Shown here: positions 1 to 8,910 of the stretch, one piece after another
Position numbering within the stretch: the stretch's first letter is position 1
How the letters are laid out: each line of letters begins with the position of its first letter
Source: a virus
Virus record (IMG/VR): IMGVR_UViG_3300045988_110372
Coordinates: 1-64,000 of that record
Length of the DNA: 64,000 nt
Strand: one strand, 5' to 3'
The notes under the pieces: model-generated
What the model was told of the DNA's origin: nothing
Seen by the model: only the letters and a program-made list of their open reading frames with translations
The model's database searches: none
Made by a program: the position numbers and the translations under genes

Positions 1-86
1 ATATTGCATTTGTTGTTTTAGAAATAAAGAAACTTGGATATGATGGGCTTAGTGGTTACTATTCTATTAATTTTCAAAATGAAGGT

Positions 87-650
87 ATGAAACTTCAAAA
101 TGAAGATTCAGAAGAAAAAAATGAAGCAGCAATAACAGAGATTACTAATAAAGATTATAACATAGAAAAAGAAGATACTAACGTATCTAAGAAAGACAAA
201 GATTTGCTTTTTGAAGAATGTTGGAAACTGTATAACAGAAAAGGTAGCAAGGGGAAATCTAAACCCTATTGGGATAAACTTACCATAGAAGAAATGCAGT
301 TGGCTAAATCTCACATACAAGCATACGTTCAATCTGTTTCTGAAAGAAAATATCAAAAAGACTTTGAACGGTATTTGAGAGATAAGATATTTAAAGATGT
401 TGTTTACAAAGGAAATATGATTATCTTTGACCCTGAAAGAGAAAATAATACCGATAACGAATATAGACCGCAGTTAGATGGTTTTAATCTACATTGGAAC
501 GAACAAGTTAAATGTTACATCTCAATGTATGATATTGACATGCTTTTTGATGGGTACACTGCCGAAAACAGACCGTCCTCTGCTATGGTAATGAAAGGTG
601 GTATAAGATACAAATGGAATACGCAAACAAAGAAATGGGAGGTGCAATAA
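87..650 (+). CDS. hypothetical protein (187 aa) next to the replication genes
   Basis: Intact ORF. Its TAA stop at 648-650 directly abuts the ATG of the primase-helicase gene at 651. It carries an 'ECWKLYNRKGSKGKSKPYW' Trp/Tyr-basic motif. I cannot assign a family by eye. Confidence 0.55.
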   Translation: MKLQNEDSEEKNEAAITEITNKDYNIEKEDTNVSKKDKDLLFEECWKLYNRKGSKGKSKPYWDKLTIEEMQLAKSHIQAYVQSVSERKYQKDFERYLRDKIFKDVVYKGNMIIFDPERENNTDNEYRPQLDGFNLHWNEQVKCYISMYDIDMLFDGYTAENRPSSAMVMKGGIRYKWNTQTKKWEVQ

Positions 651-2804
651 ATGGATATTGATGAGATAAAAAAGACATTAAATGTATTTCGTACAGACAA
701 TGGTCTTATTGAGATAAGGGTTTTTAACACAATTAATGGTAACGAAAATTACTCAGGTATATTTAATAATGAAGAATCTTTAATAAATGAAGTACAAAGA
801 TTCGACAAAGAACCTTACAATACATACTTTGTATTTAACGAATTAAAGGATGCTATGAGTGGTAGACCTCAGTTTAATAAACTATTAAAAGGGGTATCTG
901 CCGTAAAAGACCCTGATATTAAATATAGAAGATGGTTATTTCTTGATTTTGACCCTATAAGAGAAGGAGGTGTAAAAGATATTGCAAGCACAGAGGAAGA
1001 AATGGAATACGCACACCTTAAAGCCGTAGAAGTTTATAGGTATTTGATGTCTATTGGTTTCCCTAAACCTATTGTTTGTAAATCAGGGAATGGCTTCCAT
1101 GAGCTTTTCCGTATTGATAATTGGGATAATTCAGAAGAAATAGACAAGGAGTTTAGCGACTTTTTGAATTATATCTCTATGAGGTTTACTGATAGTAAGG
1201 TGGATTGTGATATAAAGAATAAGAACGCATCAAGATTAACTAAATTTTATTCGTCTAAATCAAGAAAGGGAGGTGATACACAAGAAAGACCTCATAGATA
1301 TAGTAAGATAATTTCAATACCTGAAAATATTGAATATCTAAGTTATGATGTTTTTAAGTCTGTTGTAAACGAGTATAGAAAGATTAATAACCCTGAACCA
1401 ATAGAGCCTAAGATTAACAATTCTCAATATCAAAGAGGGGTTAATAAAAAGCCATTTGATATAGATGAGTTTTTGTCTGTCAATGGGATTGAGGTTTTAA
1501 AGGAAGAAAGACTGTCGGATAAATCAAGAAAAATTGTATTAAAGACATGCCCTTTTCATCCTGAGCATGGGAAAGATTCTGCAATATACGTTTCAGACAA
1601 AGGTATAGTTTTCACGTGTTTTCATAGCGGATGTCAAGGTAATACGTGGCGTGATTTGCGTCTTAAATTTGACCCGCACGCATACGATTATGAGAATAGA
1701 CCACCACAACAATATATGCAGCCGCAAGGCAGGTATATGCAGCCTCAAAAGAAAAAATATGAAATAAAAGAGGAAAGCCCTGAATTGGGTAAGAAGTGGT
1801 TTAGCATGTCTGATATTAAGAAGGTGGATTTATCAAGTCTTATGCACATAAAGACAGGATATACTGAACTTGATAAGAAGATTGTAGGTCTTTATGAGGG
1901 AGAAATAACAATTATATCGGGCAGTAACTCTTCGGGGAAATCTTCATGGATAAACAATCTTATCCTGAATGTTATACAGCAGAATTTCAAGGTAGCTTTA
2001 TGGAGTGGTGAGTTAAGACCTGATGTATTAAAGACTTGGATTTCTTTAAGCGCAGCAGGGAATAAATATATTCAACCGAGTAAAAAAGATGAGGGTAAAT
2101 ATTATGTTCCTGAATATGTTTCTCAAAAGATAGACTATTGGATGGATGGAAAGTTTTTTCTTTACAATAATGAATACACGAATAAATGGGAACAGATATT
2201 TAATGATATGAAGGAGCTTGTCAAGTTAGGGGTCAAGTTGTTTATTCTTGATAACTTATTTTCTTTGGATATTGATATATTTGAGGGGGATAAGAATAAC
2301 AAGCAGAAAGAATTAATTCTCCAACTTTGTGACTTTGTAAAAAAGAATAAAATCCACATCATGCTTGTCGCTCACCCAAGAAAGGTTACTACTTTTTTGA
2401 GAAAAACAGATATTAGTGGAAGTTCCGATTTAACCAATGCCGCTTCCAATGTGTTTATCGTACACAGAGTAAATAACGACTTTTTAAAGACAGGTGGAGA
2501 GTTCTTGGGTAATACGGTTGTCCAGCAATATTCAATGTTTGGCAACTGCATAGAAATTTGCAAAAACAGATTGTACGGAGTTGTGGATTGTCTTGTTGGA
2601 ATGTACTATGAAATACCTACAAGAAGATTTAAAAATACAGAAAGTGAGGATATTCACTACGGTTGGGAAGAAGAGCCAGTCCAGCAATCACTGAGTTACG
2701 AGCAGCATCAGTCTGACTTAGAGAAATTTCAGCAGCAATACGACAATGCAAGTAGTAATTTACCTTTTGGTTATACGATAGAAAAAGGAGAAATACCATT
2801 TTAG
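651..2804 (+). CDS. bifunctional AEP-type DNA primase-polymerase / SF4 (DnaB-like) helicase
   Basis: The N-terminal part has the AEP motifs 'WLFLDFDP' (DxD) and 'KSGNGFHELF' (sGxGxH). The centre has a Zn-binding 'CPFHPEH...CFHSGC'. The C-terminal part has Walker A 'GSNSSGKSS' and Walker B 'KLFILDNLF'. The gene ends with TAG at 2802-2804. Confidence 0.85.
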   Translation: MDIDEIKKTLNVFRTDNGLIEIRVFNTINGNENYSGIFNNEESLINEVQRFDKEPYNTYFVFNELKDAMSGRPQFNKLLKGVSAVKDPDIKYRRWLFLDFDPIREGGVKDIASTEEEMEYAHLKAVEVYRYLMSIGFPKPIVCKSGNGFHELFRIDNWDNSEEIDKEFSDFLNYISMRFTDSKVDCDIKNKNASRLTKFYSSKSRKGGDTQERPHRYSKIISIPENIEYLSYDVFKSVVNEYRKINNPEPIEPKINNSQYQRGVNKKPFDIDEFLSVNGIEVLKEERLSDKSRKIVLKTCPFHPEHGKDSAIYVSDKGIVFTCFHSGCQGNTWRDLRLKFDPHAYDYENRPPQQYMQPQGRYMQPQKKKYEIKEESPELGKKWFSMSDIKKVDLSSLMHIKTGYTELDKKIVGLYEGEITIISGSNSSGKSSWINNLILNVIQQNFKVALWSGELRPDVLKTWISLSAAGNKYIQPSKKDEGKYYVPEYVSQKIDYWMDGKFFLYNNEYTNKWEQIFNDMKELVKLGVKLFILDNLFSLDIDIFEGDKNNKQKELILQLCDFVKKNKIHIMLVAHPRKVTTFLRKTDISGSSDLTNAASNVFIVHRVNNDFLKTGGEFLGNTVVQQYSMFGNCIEICKNRLYGVVDCLVGMYYEIPTRRFKNTESEDIHYGWEEEPVQQSLSYEQHQSDLEKFQQQYDNASSNLPFGYTIEKGEIPF

Positions 2805-2805
2805 T

Positions 2806-2946
2806 ATGAAAGAAAGTTATGTAAAATTTGGAAAGATTACATGTCCTTACTATGAGAAGGGGAAATGTATCAAGGGAAAGAAAAGTTGTGACGGAGAATG
2901 TCAGGAGTTAATTGATTTTTTAAAAAGCTTGAAGTTATGCCAGTAA
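2806..2946 (+). CDS. small Cys-rich protein (46 aa)
   Basis: The ATG lies 2 nt after the primase stop. It contains 'CPYYEKGKCIKGKKSCDGEC'. It is below the ORF-track size cut-off and was translated by hand. Confidence 0.35.
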   Translation: MKESYVKFGKITCPYYEKGKCIKGKKSCDGECQELIDFLKSLKLCQ

Positions 2947-3068
2947 GAAAAGTAAAAGGTGGTTACAAGTGGGGCAAATCGGGAAAGGTTTATCCCACTA
3001 AAAAGCAGGCTGAAAAGCAAGGTCGTGCTATTTATGCGAGTGTATATAAAGGAAGTAGTAAAAAGTAA
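2937..3068 (+). CDS. small basic protein (43 aa)
   Basis: The ATG overlaps the end of the preceding small ORF. The motif 'KGGYKWGKSGKVYPTKKQAEKQGRAIY' resembles one I recall recurring in phage genomes. That recollection is unverified. Confidence 0.4.
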   Translation: MPVRKVKGGYKWGKSGKVYPTKKQAEKQGRAIYASVYKGSSKK

Positions 3069-3079
3069 AAATCAGAATT

Positions 3080-3286
3080 ATGCGAAAGTATTATTATTAC
3101 GTTTACAGAGTTGATGGTATGGTTAGTGGTAGATTTGGCAACGGAATATGCTATTCAGATAGCGGTGAGTTTGAGTTATTAGGAATGATGGAGGTATTGA
3201 AAAACCAAAATAAGGCAGATTGTGTTATTACCTTTTGGCATGAAATATCTTCAAGTCAATACCAAAAACTATTTGAAATGTTTTGA
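3080..3286 (+). CDS. hypothetical protein (68 aa)
   Basis: Intact ORF in a co-directional block. No motif recognised. Confidence 0.45.
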   Translation: MRKYYYYVYRVDGMVSGRFGNGICYSDSGEFELLGMMEVLKNQNKADCVITFWHEISSSQYQKLFEMF

Positions 3287-3304
3287 TTTTCAAAACAAAT
3301 AGCT

Positions 3305-3312
3305 TATCTTTG
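3305..3312 (+). promoter_or_regulatory. candidate Bacteroidota-type -7 promoter box (TAnnTTTG)
   Basis: 'TATCTTTG' lies in an intergenic gap about 20 nt upstream of the ATG at 3333. The motif is short and expected by chance in AT-rich DNA, so its position is the main support. Confidence 0.4.
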
Positions 3313-3332
3313 TAAAAGTAAACTTTATTTTT

Positions 3333-3836
3333 ATGGAAATAGATTTAAAGAAATACAGAGAAAACGCAAGGATTCACAATCTTTGTTCCGAGTATTCGGA
3401 GGTTTGGGACAGATGTAAAAGTGACAAGCAGATTATGGATATGGCTTTAGGTTCTAAAGGTCTTGACTATATCTGTGATACAATAGCAAAAGGATGGGGC
3501 ATAAGTCCTGATATTATATGCAGCAGATTTGCACGATTTATCAACGGTGGATATGTTGCTAGTCTTAACGGATATAATTCAAAATTGTACTGTCACTACA
3601 ACGGAGAAATAGAAGCTGACACTACTATCATGGGAATCATTGAATCAGATGTTGCTATCAATGTTTCTTCTTTCAAGATTTGCGATGTATATGTGACTGG
3701 CAAATGTCATATAAATGTAAAAGGCGAAGGCTCTATGGTTCTCGTATGCTATGGAAATCCCGAAGATATAACTGTGAGTGGGAATTGCGGAAATTTGAAA
3801 CGTATCAATAAGAAAGAAAGGGACAGATATGAATGA
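3333..3836 (+). CDS. hypothetical protein (167 aa)
   Basis: Intact ORF preceded by a candidate promoter. No motif recognised. Confidence 0.6.
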   Translation: MEIDLKKYRENARIHNLCSEYSEVWDRCKSDKQIMDMALGSKGLDYICDTIAKGWGISPDIICSRFARFINGGYVASLNGYNSKLYCHYNGEIEADTTIMGIIESDVAINVSSFKICDVYVTGKCHINVKGEGSMVLVCYGNPEDITVSGNCGNLKRINKKERDRYE

Positions 3837-4287
3837 GGACTATAAGTTTTATATGTCAAGATACATAAATGACGAAGAAGGATGGGAAGCGGAAGTAGAA
3901 CTTACCGAAAAGTTTAAGGGACTTATATTTTGTCAGGTTGAAGGATTGAGCAGCTACGGAGAGGTAAAAAATATATACACAGAATCATTTGCTGAATCAG
4001 ACATGTTGAGAGTGTATTTGCCTGAAAAGGTAACAAGAGAAAGCACGGATATAAAGCTGACGGTTGTATTCTCTGACAAAGATAGACGAGATGTGTACGA
4101 CAGCTTTGTTGAGTTTATCAGCGGCAAGATTATCAAGTATTGGGACAACGTGAGAAACCGAGAAGTTGAAATGATACAGACTGACAAAATAAAGGTAGAC
4201 GAGGATATTATTTACGGAAGTGCGCCATATATTGCGGTTGAATTTCCGTTCAAGAACATTAAAGGTCAAACAAGTAAACATGTATAA
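3829..4287 (+). CDS. hypothetical protein (152 aa)
   Basis: Intact ORF. Its start overlaps the upstream stop by 8 nt, which suggests translational coupling. Confidence 0.6.
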   Translation: MNEDYKFYMSRYINDEEGWEAEVELTEKFKGLIFCQVEGLSSYGEVKNIYTESFAESDMLRVYLPEKVTRESTDIKLTVVFSDKDRRDVYDSFVEFISGKIIKYWDNVRNREVEMIQTDKIKVDEDIIYGSAPYIAVEFPFKNIKGQTSKHV

Positions 4288-4290
4288 TTT

Positions 4291-4779
4291 ATGAAACCAC
4301 AAGTAGATTTTTTTATTCCAAGTTATGAAAACGAAGATGAAGGTATGGTACTCCACTTCACAAGTGTAAATGAAATTGATTCAGTAATTGAAAGTCTGAA
4401 TGAGGCACGTGCGGAGTTGGAACATCAGATTGAAATGAAGCGTATCAAGAACAAGGAAAGACGGAAGAGAAGAAAGGAAAGAATTGAATTAGATAAACCA
4501 AATGTAAAACAAGGTTTGGATGAATCGGTTGCTATTCCTGATGATTTGAGTGAGGCTATGCGTAAGGCTTTCCTTGAAATTTCAAAGAAGATGAAAGAAG
4601 ATATTCTCAAAAGAGAAGTAAAAATAAATCCTGACGCAGAAAAAGAAGAACAGCTTTATAAGGATATTATAAAGCATTATGATGAGCTTGATGATTTCAC
4701 CAAGTCTATTATGCGTCCTATTATTGAGCAAGTAGAAGATGCTCATAAGAAATTCTGCGAATCTAAAAAGAATGACTAA
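4291..4779 (+). CDS. hypothetical charged / coiled-coil protein (162 aa)
   Basis: Intact ORF rich in Lys and Glu, with 'KNKERRKRRKERIE'. Confidence 0.6.
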   Translation: MKPQVDFFIPSYENEDEGMVLHFTSVNEIDSVIESLNEARAELEHQIEMKRIKNKERRKRRKERIELDKPNVKQGLDESVAIPDDLSEAMRKAFLEISKKMKEDILKREVKINPDAEKEEQLYKDIIKHYDELDDFTKSIMRPIIEQVEDAHKKFCESKKND

Positions 4780-5305
4780 ATACGTTCCATACATAGTGAT
4801 AGCCGTATTGTTGGTGTCTTTGTTAGTTTCATTAACCAACAGAAAGGAGGTGGTAATAGAGAAGATTACCAGCGATACGGTTTATTCCGTAAAATTAGAT
4901 ACGTATAAGGTCAAAACACCGATTTTTATTACGGAAAGGATAGTTGATACCATTTACGTAAAAAGTGACGAAAATGGCAATATACTATTGCCGATTACAC
5001 AGAAGTATTACAAGGACAGTCTTTATGAAGCATGGGTAAGTGGATTTAAACCAAGTTTGGATAGTATTAATATTTACAACAATACTAAATTTGTAACTAT
5101 TACAAATACTGTAACGAGGGAGATATATCCTAAACGAACTGATTTTTATTTCGATGCAGGCGTATTGTATATGAATGAGAAGTTTGCTCCTAATATCGGT
5201 GCTAGTATAAAGTTCAGAAATGACATGACATTGAGAGGCGGTATAGGTTACTACGACAAGAATTTGTACTATATGTTTAACGTAGGATTTAAATTGAATA
5301 AATAA
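4772..5305 (+). CDS. membrane-anchored protein with a beta-rich C-terminal domain (177 aa)
   Basis: I chose the ATG at 4772, which forms an ATGACTAA overlap with the upstream stop, over the track start at 4739. The N-terminal TM is 'YIVIAVLLVSLLVSL'. The C-terminus 'GGIGYYDKNLYYMFNVGFKLNK' has an alternating aromatic pattern reminiscent of beta-barrel strands. Confidence 0.55.
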   Translation: MTKYVPYIVIAVLLVSLLVSLTNRKEVVIEKITSDTVYSVKLDTYKVKTPIFITERIVDTIYVKSDENGNILLPITQKYYKDSLYEAWVSGFKPSLDSINIYNNTKFVTITNTVTREIYPKRTDFYFDAGVLYMNEKFAPNIGASIKFRNDMTLRGGIGYYDKNLYYMFNVGFKLNK

Positions 5306-5315
5306 ACGTATTTTT

Positions 5316-5855
5316 ATGCAGTTAAATATTGAAAAAGAATCGCTGGTTAAGGTTTTGAATGAATGTTACCAGCATGAATTACCTGAACCTTTGAAAGAGG
5401 GTGACAACAGAATTTGGGTAAAGGCAGTCGCTAAGGTTTGGAAATGTGACGGAAGTACGAACTATTGCGTGGTTGCAAATGACGGAAGCAACAACCCAGT
5501 AGTTATGAAAGACTTCGGCAATCCTGCTACTATTATGAAGTATGATGAAATTTATCCTACTTTGTTTTTAAAAGACGGATATATGCCTGACTTGCGCAAG
5601 CAGTCTGACTGTATCGAATATCTTGCAAAGCATGAATACAAAGCTGATGAAGTTGCCGCTTATCTTTCTTCTAAGGATGAAAACGGAGAAGCAAAGACTG
5701 ACGAACGGAAGAAATCAGACCGTGACAAGGTTAAGAAATGTATTATCAAGTGTGCGATAAGAGATTACCTTAATTATTTGGAAGAAAGAAAATACGAAAG
5801 AAACTTTACTAAAGATTTTGAATATGGAAAAGAAGGAACTGAAAACGAAAATTGA
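5316..5855 (+). CDS. hypothetical protein (179 aa)
   Basis: Intact ORF. No motif recognised. Confidence 0.6.
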   Translation: MQLNIEKESLVKVLNECYQHELPEPLKEGDNRIWVKAVAKVWKCDGSTNYCVVANDGSNNPVVMKDFGNPATIMKYDEIYPTLFLKDGYMPDLRKQSDCIEYLAKHEYKADEVAAYLSSKDENGEAKTDERKKSDRDKVKKCIIKCAIRDYLNYLEERKYERNFTKDFEYGKEGTENEN

Positions 5856-6414
5856 TGAAGTAGTAAATCAGATTAAGACAAACAGTAAGGACGCTAAGTT
5901 TGCGGCTTCTCTTATTGACAAATTACTGTCTTTGAAAGGTCAGTTGGATGTAGAGCCTATGCGCTTCTGTATTCCTGAAAAAGACGTGATTAAGGAATAC
6001 GACAATGATTCAATAAGATTTGTGAGATGTAAGGGCTATATTGCTTTTCAGGCAAAAGGTGGATTATATTTGATTGTAAGTCCTAGAATGTCGGGACTTT
6101 ATCAGCATTTGGAAGTAGTGCTTGACATGAAAGACAAATATGACGAGCTTACCGAAGAACAGAAGAAAACATACGACTTCTTGTATTTGGCTACCACACA
6201 GATTTTGCAGTTGGGCATCTTTGCCACTTGTGACGATGAGTTTTTCTTCGGTATTGCAGAGGATATTGTAAAACGCTTGCAAACAATGACTGAAAAGTCT
6301 TTGAACGCAGAGTTGCAGGACGAAACGTACAAGGAGAACGCAGAATTTGAGAACAACATGGAATTGGCAAATCAAGTTTTGCTCGGAGATAAGAATGACA
6401 GAACGGTTGGATAA
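5818..6414 (+). CDS. hypothetical protein (198 aa)
   Basis: Intact ORF overlapping the upstream gene. An alternative ATG lies at 5824. Confidence 0.55.
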   Translation: MNMEKKELKTKIDEVVNQIKTNSKDAKFAASLIDKLLSLKGQLDVEPMRFCIPEKDVIKEYDNDSIRFVRCKGYIAFQAKGGLYLIVSPRMSGLYQHLEVVLDMKDKYDELTEEQKKTYDFLYLATTQILQLGIFATCDDEFFFGIAEDIVKRLQTMTEKSLNAELQDETYKENAEFENNMELANQVLLGDKNDRTVG

Positions 6415-6430
6415 TTAAATATGGGAACAG

Positions 6431-7129
6431 ATGCTTAAAAAATCAATAAATGATTTGCAAAAGACTTCTTTTTATCATGCAAAATATGGAGAATACAATA
6501 TCGTTGAATATTTTAATTGTGAAAAAGTTAAGATAAAGTTTAAAAATACTGGATATGAATACTTTACTTCTATGAATCATATAGAAAACGGAGAAGTTCG
6601 TGATAAACTTTACAAGAATATCTTTGGGGGATTTACGGGAACTTCCGATTATGATTCAAAAATGTATGATATATGGTATAATATGCTTTATAGAGCCAAT
6701 CGTATAGGAGGTTCTTATAGCGATGTTTGTGTGTGTGAAGAATGGCTTTGTTTTAAAAATTTTTTGGATTGGGCTAAAAAACAAAAGTATGAAAGTGGGT
6801 GGCATTTAGATAAAGATATTTTAGTAAGAGGTAATAGAGTATACTCTCCAGCCACTTGCTGCTTCGTTCCCCCTCAAATCAATACTTTTTTTGAAAAAAG
6901 CAATAAAGCTGCTGGATATGGGTTTAATAGGTCAAAAACTAAATATGTATCTTTTATTCGTTCTAAGGGAAAGAAGATACATTTAGGTACTTTTGAAACA
7001 AAAGAAGAGGCTAAGTTTACATATTTAAAGAAAAAACAAGAATTGCTTAATGATTTAATTGATGAATATAAAGATTGTTTATCTGAAAAAGTTTTATCAT
7101 CTCTGAAAAAATATTACAAAAATGCTTGA
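6431..7129 (+). CDS. free-standing homing-endonuclease-like protein with an AP2-type DNA-binding domain
   Basis: The stretch 'CEEWLCFKNFLDWA...LDKDILVRGNRVYSPATCCFVP' is followed by the AP2-like 'SKTKYVSFIRSKGKKIHLGTFETKEEAKFTY'. The protein is clearly paralogous to the C-terminal half of the 29768-30763 product. Confidence 0.65.
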   Translation: MLKKSINDLQKTSFYHAKYGEYNIVEYFNCEKVKIKFKNTGYEYFTSMNHIENGEVRDKLYKNIFGGFTGTSDYDSKMYDIWYNMLYRANRIGGSYSDVCVCEEWLCFKNFLDWAKKQKYESGWHLDKDILVRGNRVYSPATCCFVPPQINTFFEKSNKAAGYGFNRSKTKYVSFIRSKGKKIHLGTFETKEEAKFTYLKKKQELLNDLIDEYKDCLSEKVLSSLKKYYKNA

Positions 7130-7793
7130 AATATATAATGTAAAAGTATATGACCTCAAAGAAAGCGTCATAGCAAGTAGAAATGCAATGAGATTGGAAA
7201 TGCCGGAATACACGGATGAAGAGTTTGAAGAAAGCCTGAAACGTGCTATCAAATTGGCTAAATGTGGTGGTGGTACTGGGCATAGCAATTTTAGAACAGG
7301 TATCAGAGTGTCTTTCGATATGAAATATACTCAATATATCACAAAGCAACTTCAACGCTATCATTGGTTTGATTACATCACTTCAAGTTCGCTTATGCAC
7401 AGAATCACTAAAATGGATTTTGACAAGTGTTGTAACAAGTATATTTCCCAAGCAACTGTTGATAAGATGAACGCTTTAGTTTATGCTTATAATATGTTTG
7501 CTGGCTTAGAAGGAGAGGCTTTTGAAAGGACTACTTTTGAATTGAGAAATGGCGAAGTAATTGAAGCAAATACAAAAGAAGAGTGCTTATATCACATGTT
7601 CATGCAGATTATTTCTGAATGTCCTATGGGTACAGAATTGTTTGTTCGTGTTTCTACGAACTATGAACAGTTATCTACGATATACAAGCAAAGAAAAAAC
7701 CACAAGCTAAAAGAAGATTGGGGAAACTTTAAGAAGTTTGTGGAATCTTTGCCCTACGCTCACGAACTGATTATATGCGATAAGGAGGTGTAA
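7122..7793 (+). CDS. ThyX-fold-like protein with degenerate motifs (223 aa)
   Basis: 'GHSNFRTGIRVSFDM...QLQRYHWFDYITSSSLMHR' and 'CPMGTELFVRVSTNYEQLSTIYKQR' resemble the layout of flavin-dependent thymidylate synthase. The canonical RHRxxS motif is not intact. Confidence 0.35.
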   Translation: MLEIYNVKVYDLKESVIASRNAMRLEMPEYTDEEFEESLKRAIKLAKCGGGTGHSNFRTGIRVSFDMKYTQYITKQLQRYHWFDYITSSSLMHRITKMDFDKCCNKYISQATVDKMNALVYAYNMFAGLEGEAFERTTFELRNGEVIEANTKEECLYHMFMQIISECPMGTELFVRVSTNYEQLSTIYKQRKNHKLKEDWGNFKKFVESLPYAHELIICDKEV

Positions 7794-7817
7794 TAATATG
7801 AAAGACTTTACAGAGAT

Positions 7818-8183
7818 ATGACAAAAGTAAAAATACATGAATTTGATTTAGGCATATATCCTAGAAAGATTTGGATTGCTATCACTACCGAAAATAAGTT
7901 TGATGGTTTTAAAGAACTTTCTGATATGGACGATAGTTGCGATGCGGTTATAGAACCAGCTTATGATTGTACTAATAATAAAGGAGGAATATTTATTAGA
8001 TTTGCATCTAAAAAAAGTATGACTAATCCTATTATAGCACATGAATCATTTCATGCCGCAATGAGAGTTTTTGAATATATTGGAGCTAAATTAGACTTTG
8101 ACAATCAAGAACCATTGTGCTATTTAGCTGAATATATAGTTAAATGTTGCGAGCAAGTTAAACTTAATAAATTTGAAAGCTGA
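7818..8183 (+). CDS. small HExxH protein, putative Zn-metallopeptidase-like (121 aa)
   Basis: 'IIAHESFHAAM' contains HExxH. Nothing else diagnostic was seen. Confidence 0.45.
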   Translation: MTKVKIHEFDLGIYPRKIWIAITTENKFDGFKELSDMDDSCDAVIEPAYDCTNNKGGIFIRFASKKSMTNPIIAHESFHAAMRVFEYIGAKLDFDNQEPLCYLAEYIVKCCEQVKLNKFES

Positions 8184-8448
8184 TATGACCAAAGAAGAAA
8201 AATTCTCACAGATAACAAGTGAATTGCTTGAAACATACAAAGCAAAGAACAAGGACTACGGAGATAGTTTTGTCAAGTTGTTTGAAGAATACGGAATGAC
8301 CTATTCTATCATTCATTTGCAGGAAAAGATTAACCGAATCAAGTCTTTGCAGAAGAAAAGCAACGAAGTAAAAGGTGAAACATACGTTGATTCTTTAAAA
8401 GATTTAGCTAATTATGCAATTTTAACACTTATAGAGTTGGAATCTTAA
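8173..8448 (+). CDS. DUF1599-like (nucleotide-modification-associated domain 1-like) protein
   Basis: 'KAKNKDYGDSF', 'QEKINRIKSL' and 'DSLKDLANYAILTLI' match my recollection of the DUF1599 pattern. An alternative start lies at 8185. Confidence 0.5.
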   Translation: MKADMTKEEKFSQITSELLETYKAKNKDYGDSFVKLFEEYGMTYSIIHLQEKINRIKSLQKKSNEVKGETYVDSLKDLANYAILTLIELES

Positions 8449-8458
8449 AAAGAATTAT

Positions 8459-8466
8459 TACATTTG
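8459..8466 (+). promoter_or_regulatory. candidate -7 promoter box (TAnnTTTG) upstream of the tRNA
   Basis: 'TACATTTG' lies in the non-coding gap about 90 nt upstream of the tRNA-Cys candidate. Confidence 0.35.
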
Positions 8467-8554
8467 TAATGTACTTCATAGAATTAAAGAGTTGATAATT
8501 GTTAGTATTAGCCTAGATGGTCTGTGAAGATAGTCTAGGTTTTCTTTGAAATTC

Positions 8555-8628
8555 GGGCAAAATGGGTGAGTGATTTAGCCAACACTCTGCAAAAGTGTTT
8601 TACAGCGGTTTGAATCCGCTTTTGCCCT
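8555..8628 (+). tRNA. tRNA-Cys (anticodon GCA), slightly non-canonical
   Basis: Hand-folded cloverleaf:
- Acceptor stem GGGCAAA/TTTGCCC (8555-61 with 8621-27).
- Anticodon stem ACACT/AGTGT with loop CTGCAAA, giving U33 and GCA at 8589-91.
- 5-nt variable loop.
- T stem AGCGG/CCGCT with loop TTTGAAT.
- D stem with one G-G mismatch and a D loop lacking GG.
- No encoded CCA. Confidence 0.6.
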
Positions 8629-8714
8629 CTATGTTTTCATAGATGTTGTTTTTCACCATGAGCAGGATTTGTGTTCTCATATTATTACAGTTTAAATTTT
8701 TACGCAAAAGGGTT

Positions 8715-8757
8715 AGCGATAGGTTTTTCATGGTGACTTATCGCTGGCTCTTTTTTT
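8715..8757 (+). terminator. intrinsic-terminator-like hairpin
   Basis: The stem AGCGATAGG/CTTATCGCT (8715-23 with 8737-45) is followed 5 nt later by a T7 run at 8751-57. Confidence 0.45.
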
Positions 8758-8772
8758 ATAGGAGGTTAATTT

Positions 8773-8910
8773 ATGGCGAATAGCAAAGGGAAAGTAAAGG
8801 TTAAGGTGGAAGCGAAGAAGGCGGTTAAGCCTAAGATGGGTAAAGGTACTGGAGGCTTTATTACAGCAAGAGTTATAGCTAAAGTAAATAAAGATAGAGC
8901 AAATGGATAA
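8773..8910 (+). CDS. small basic protein (45 aa)
   Basis: A strong 'AGGAGG' lies 6 nt upstream of the ATG. The sequence is 'MANSKGKVKVKVEAKKAVKPK...'. The stop overlaps the next ATG as ATGGATAA. It is below the ORF-track cut-off. Confidence 0.4.
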   Translation: MANSKGKVKVKVEAKKAVKPKMGKGTGGFITARVIAKVNKDRANG

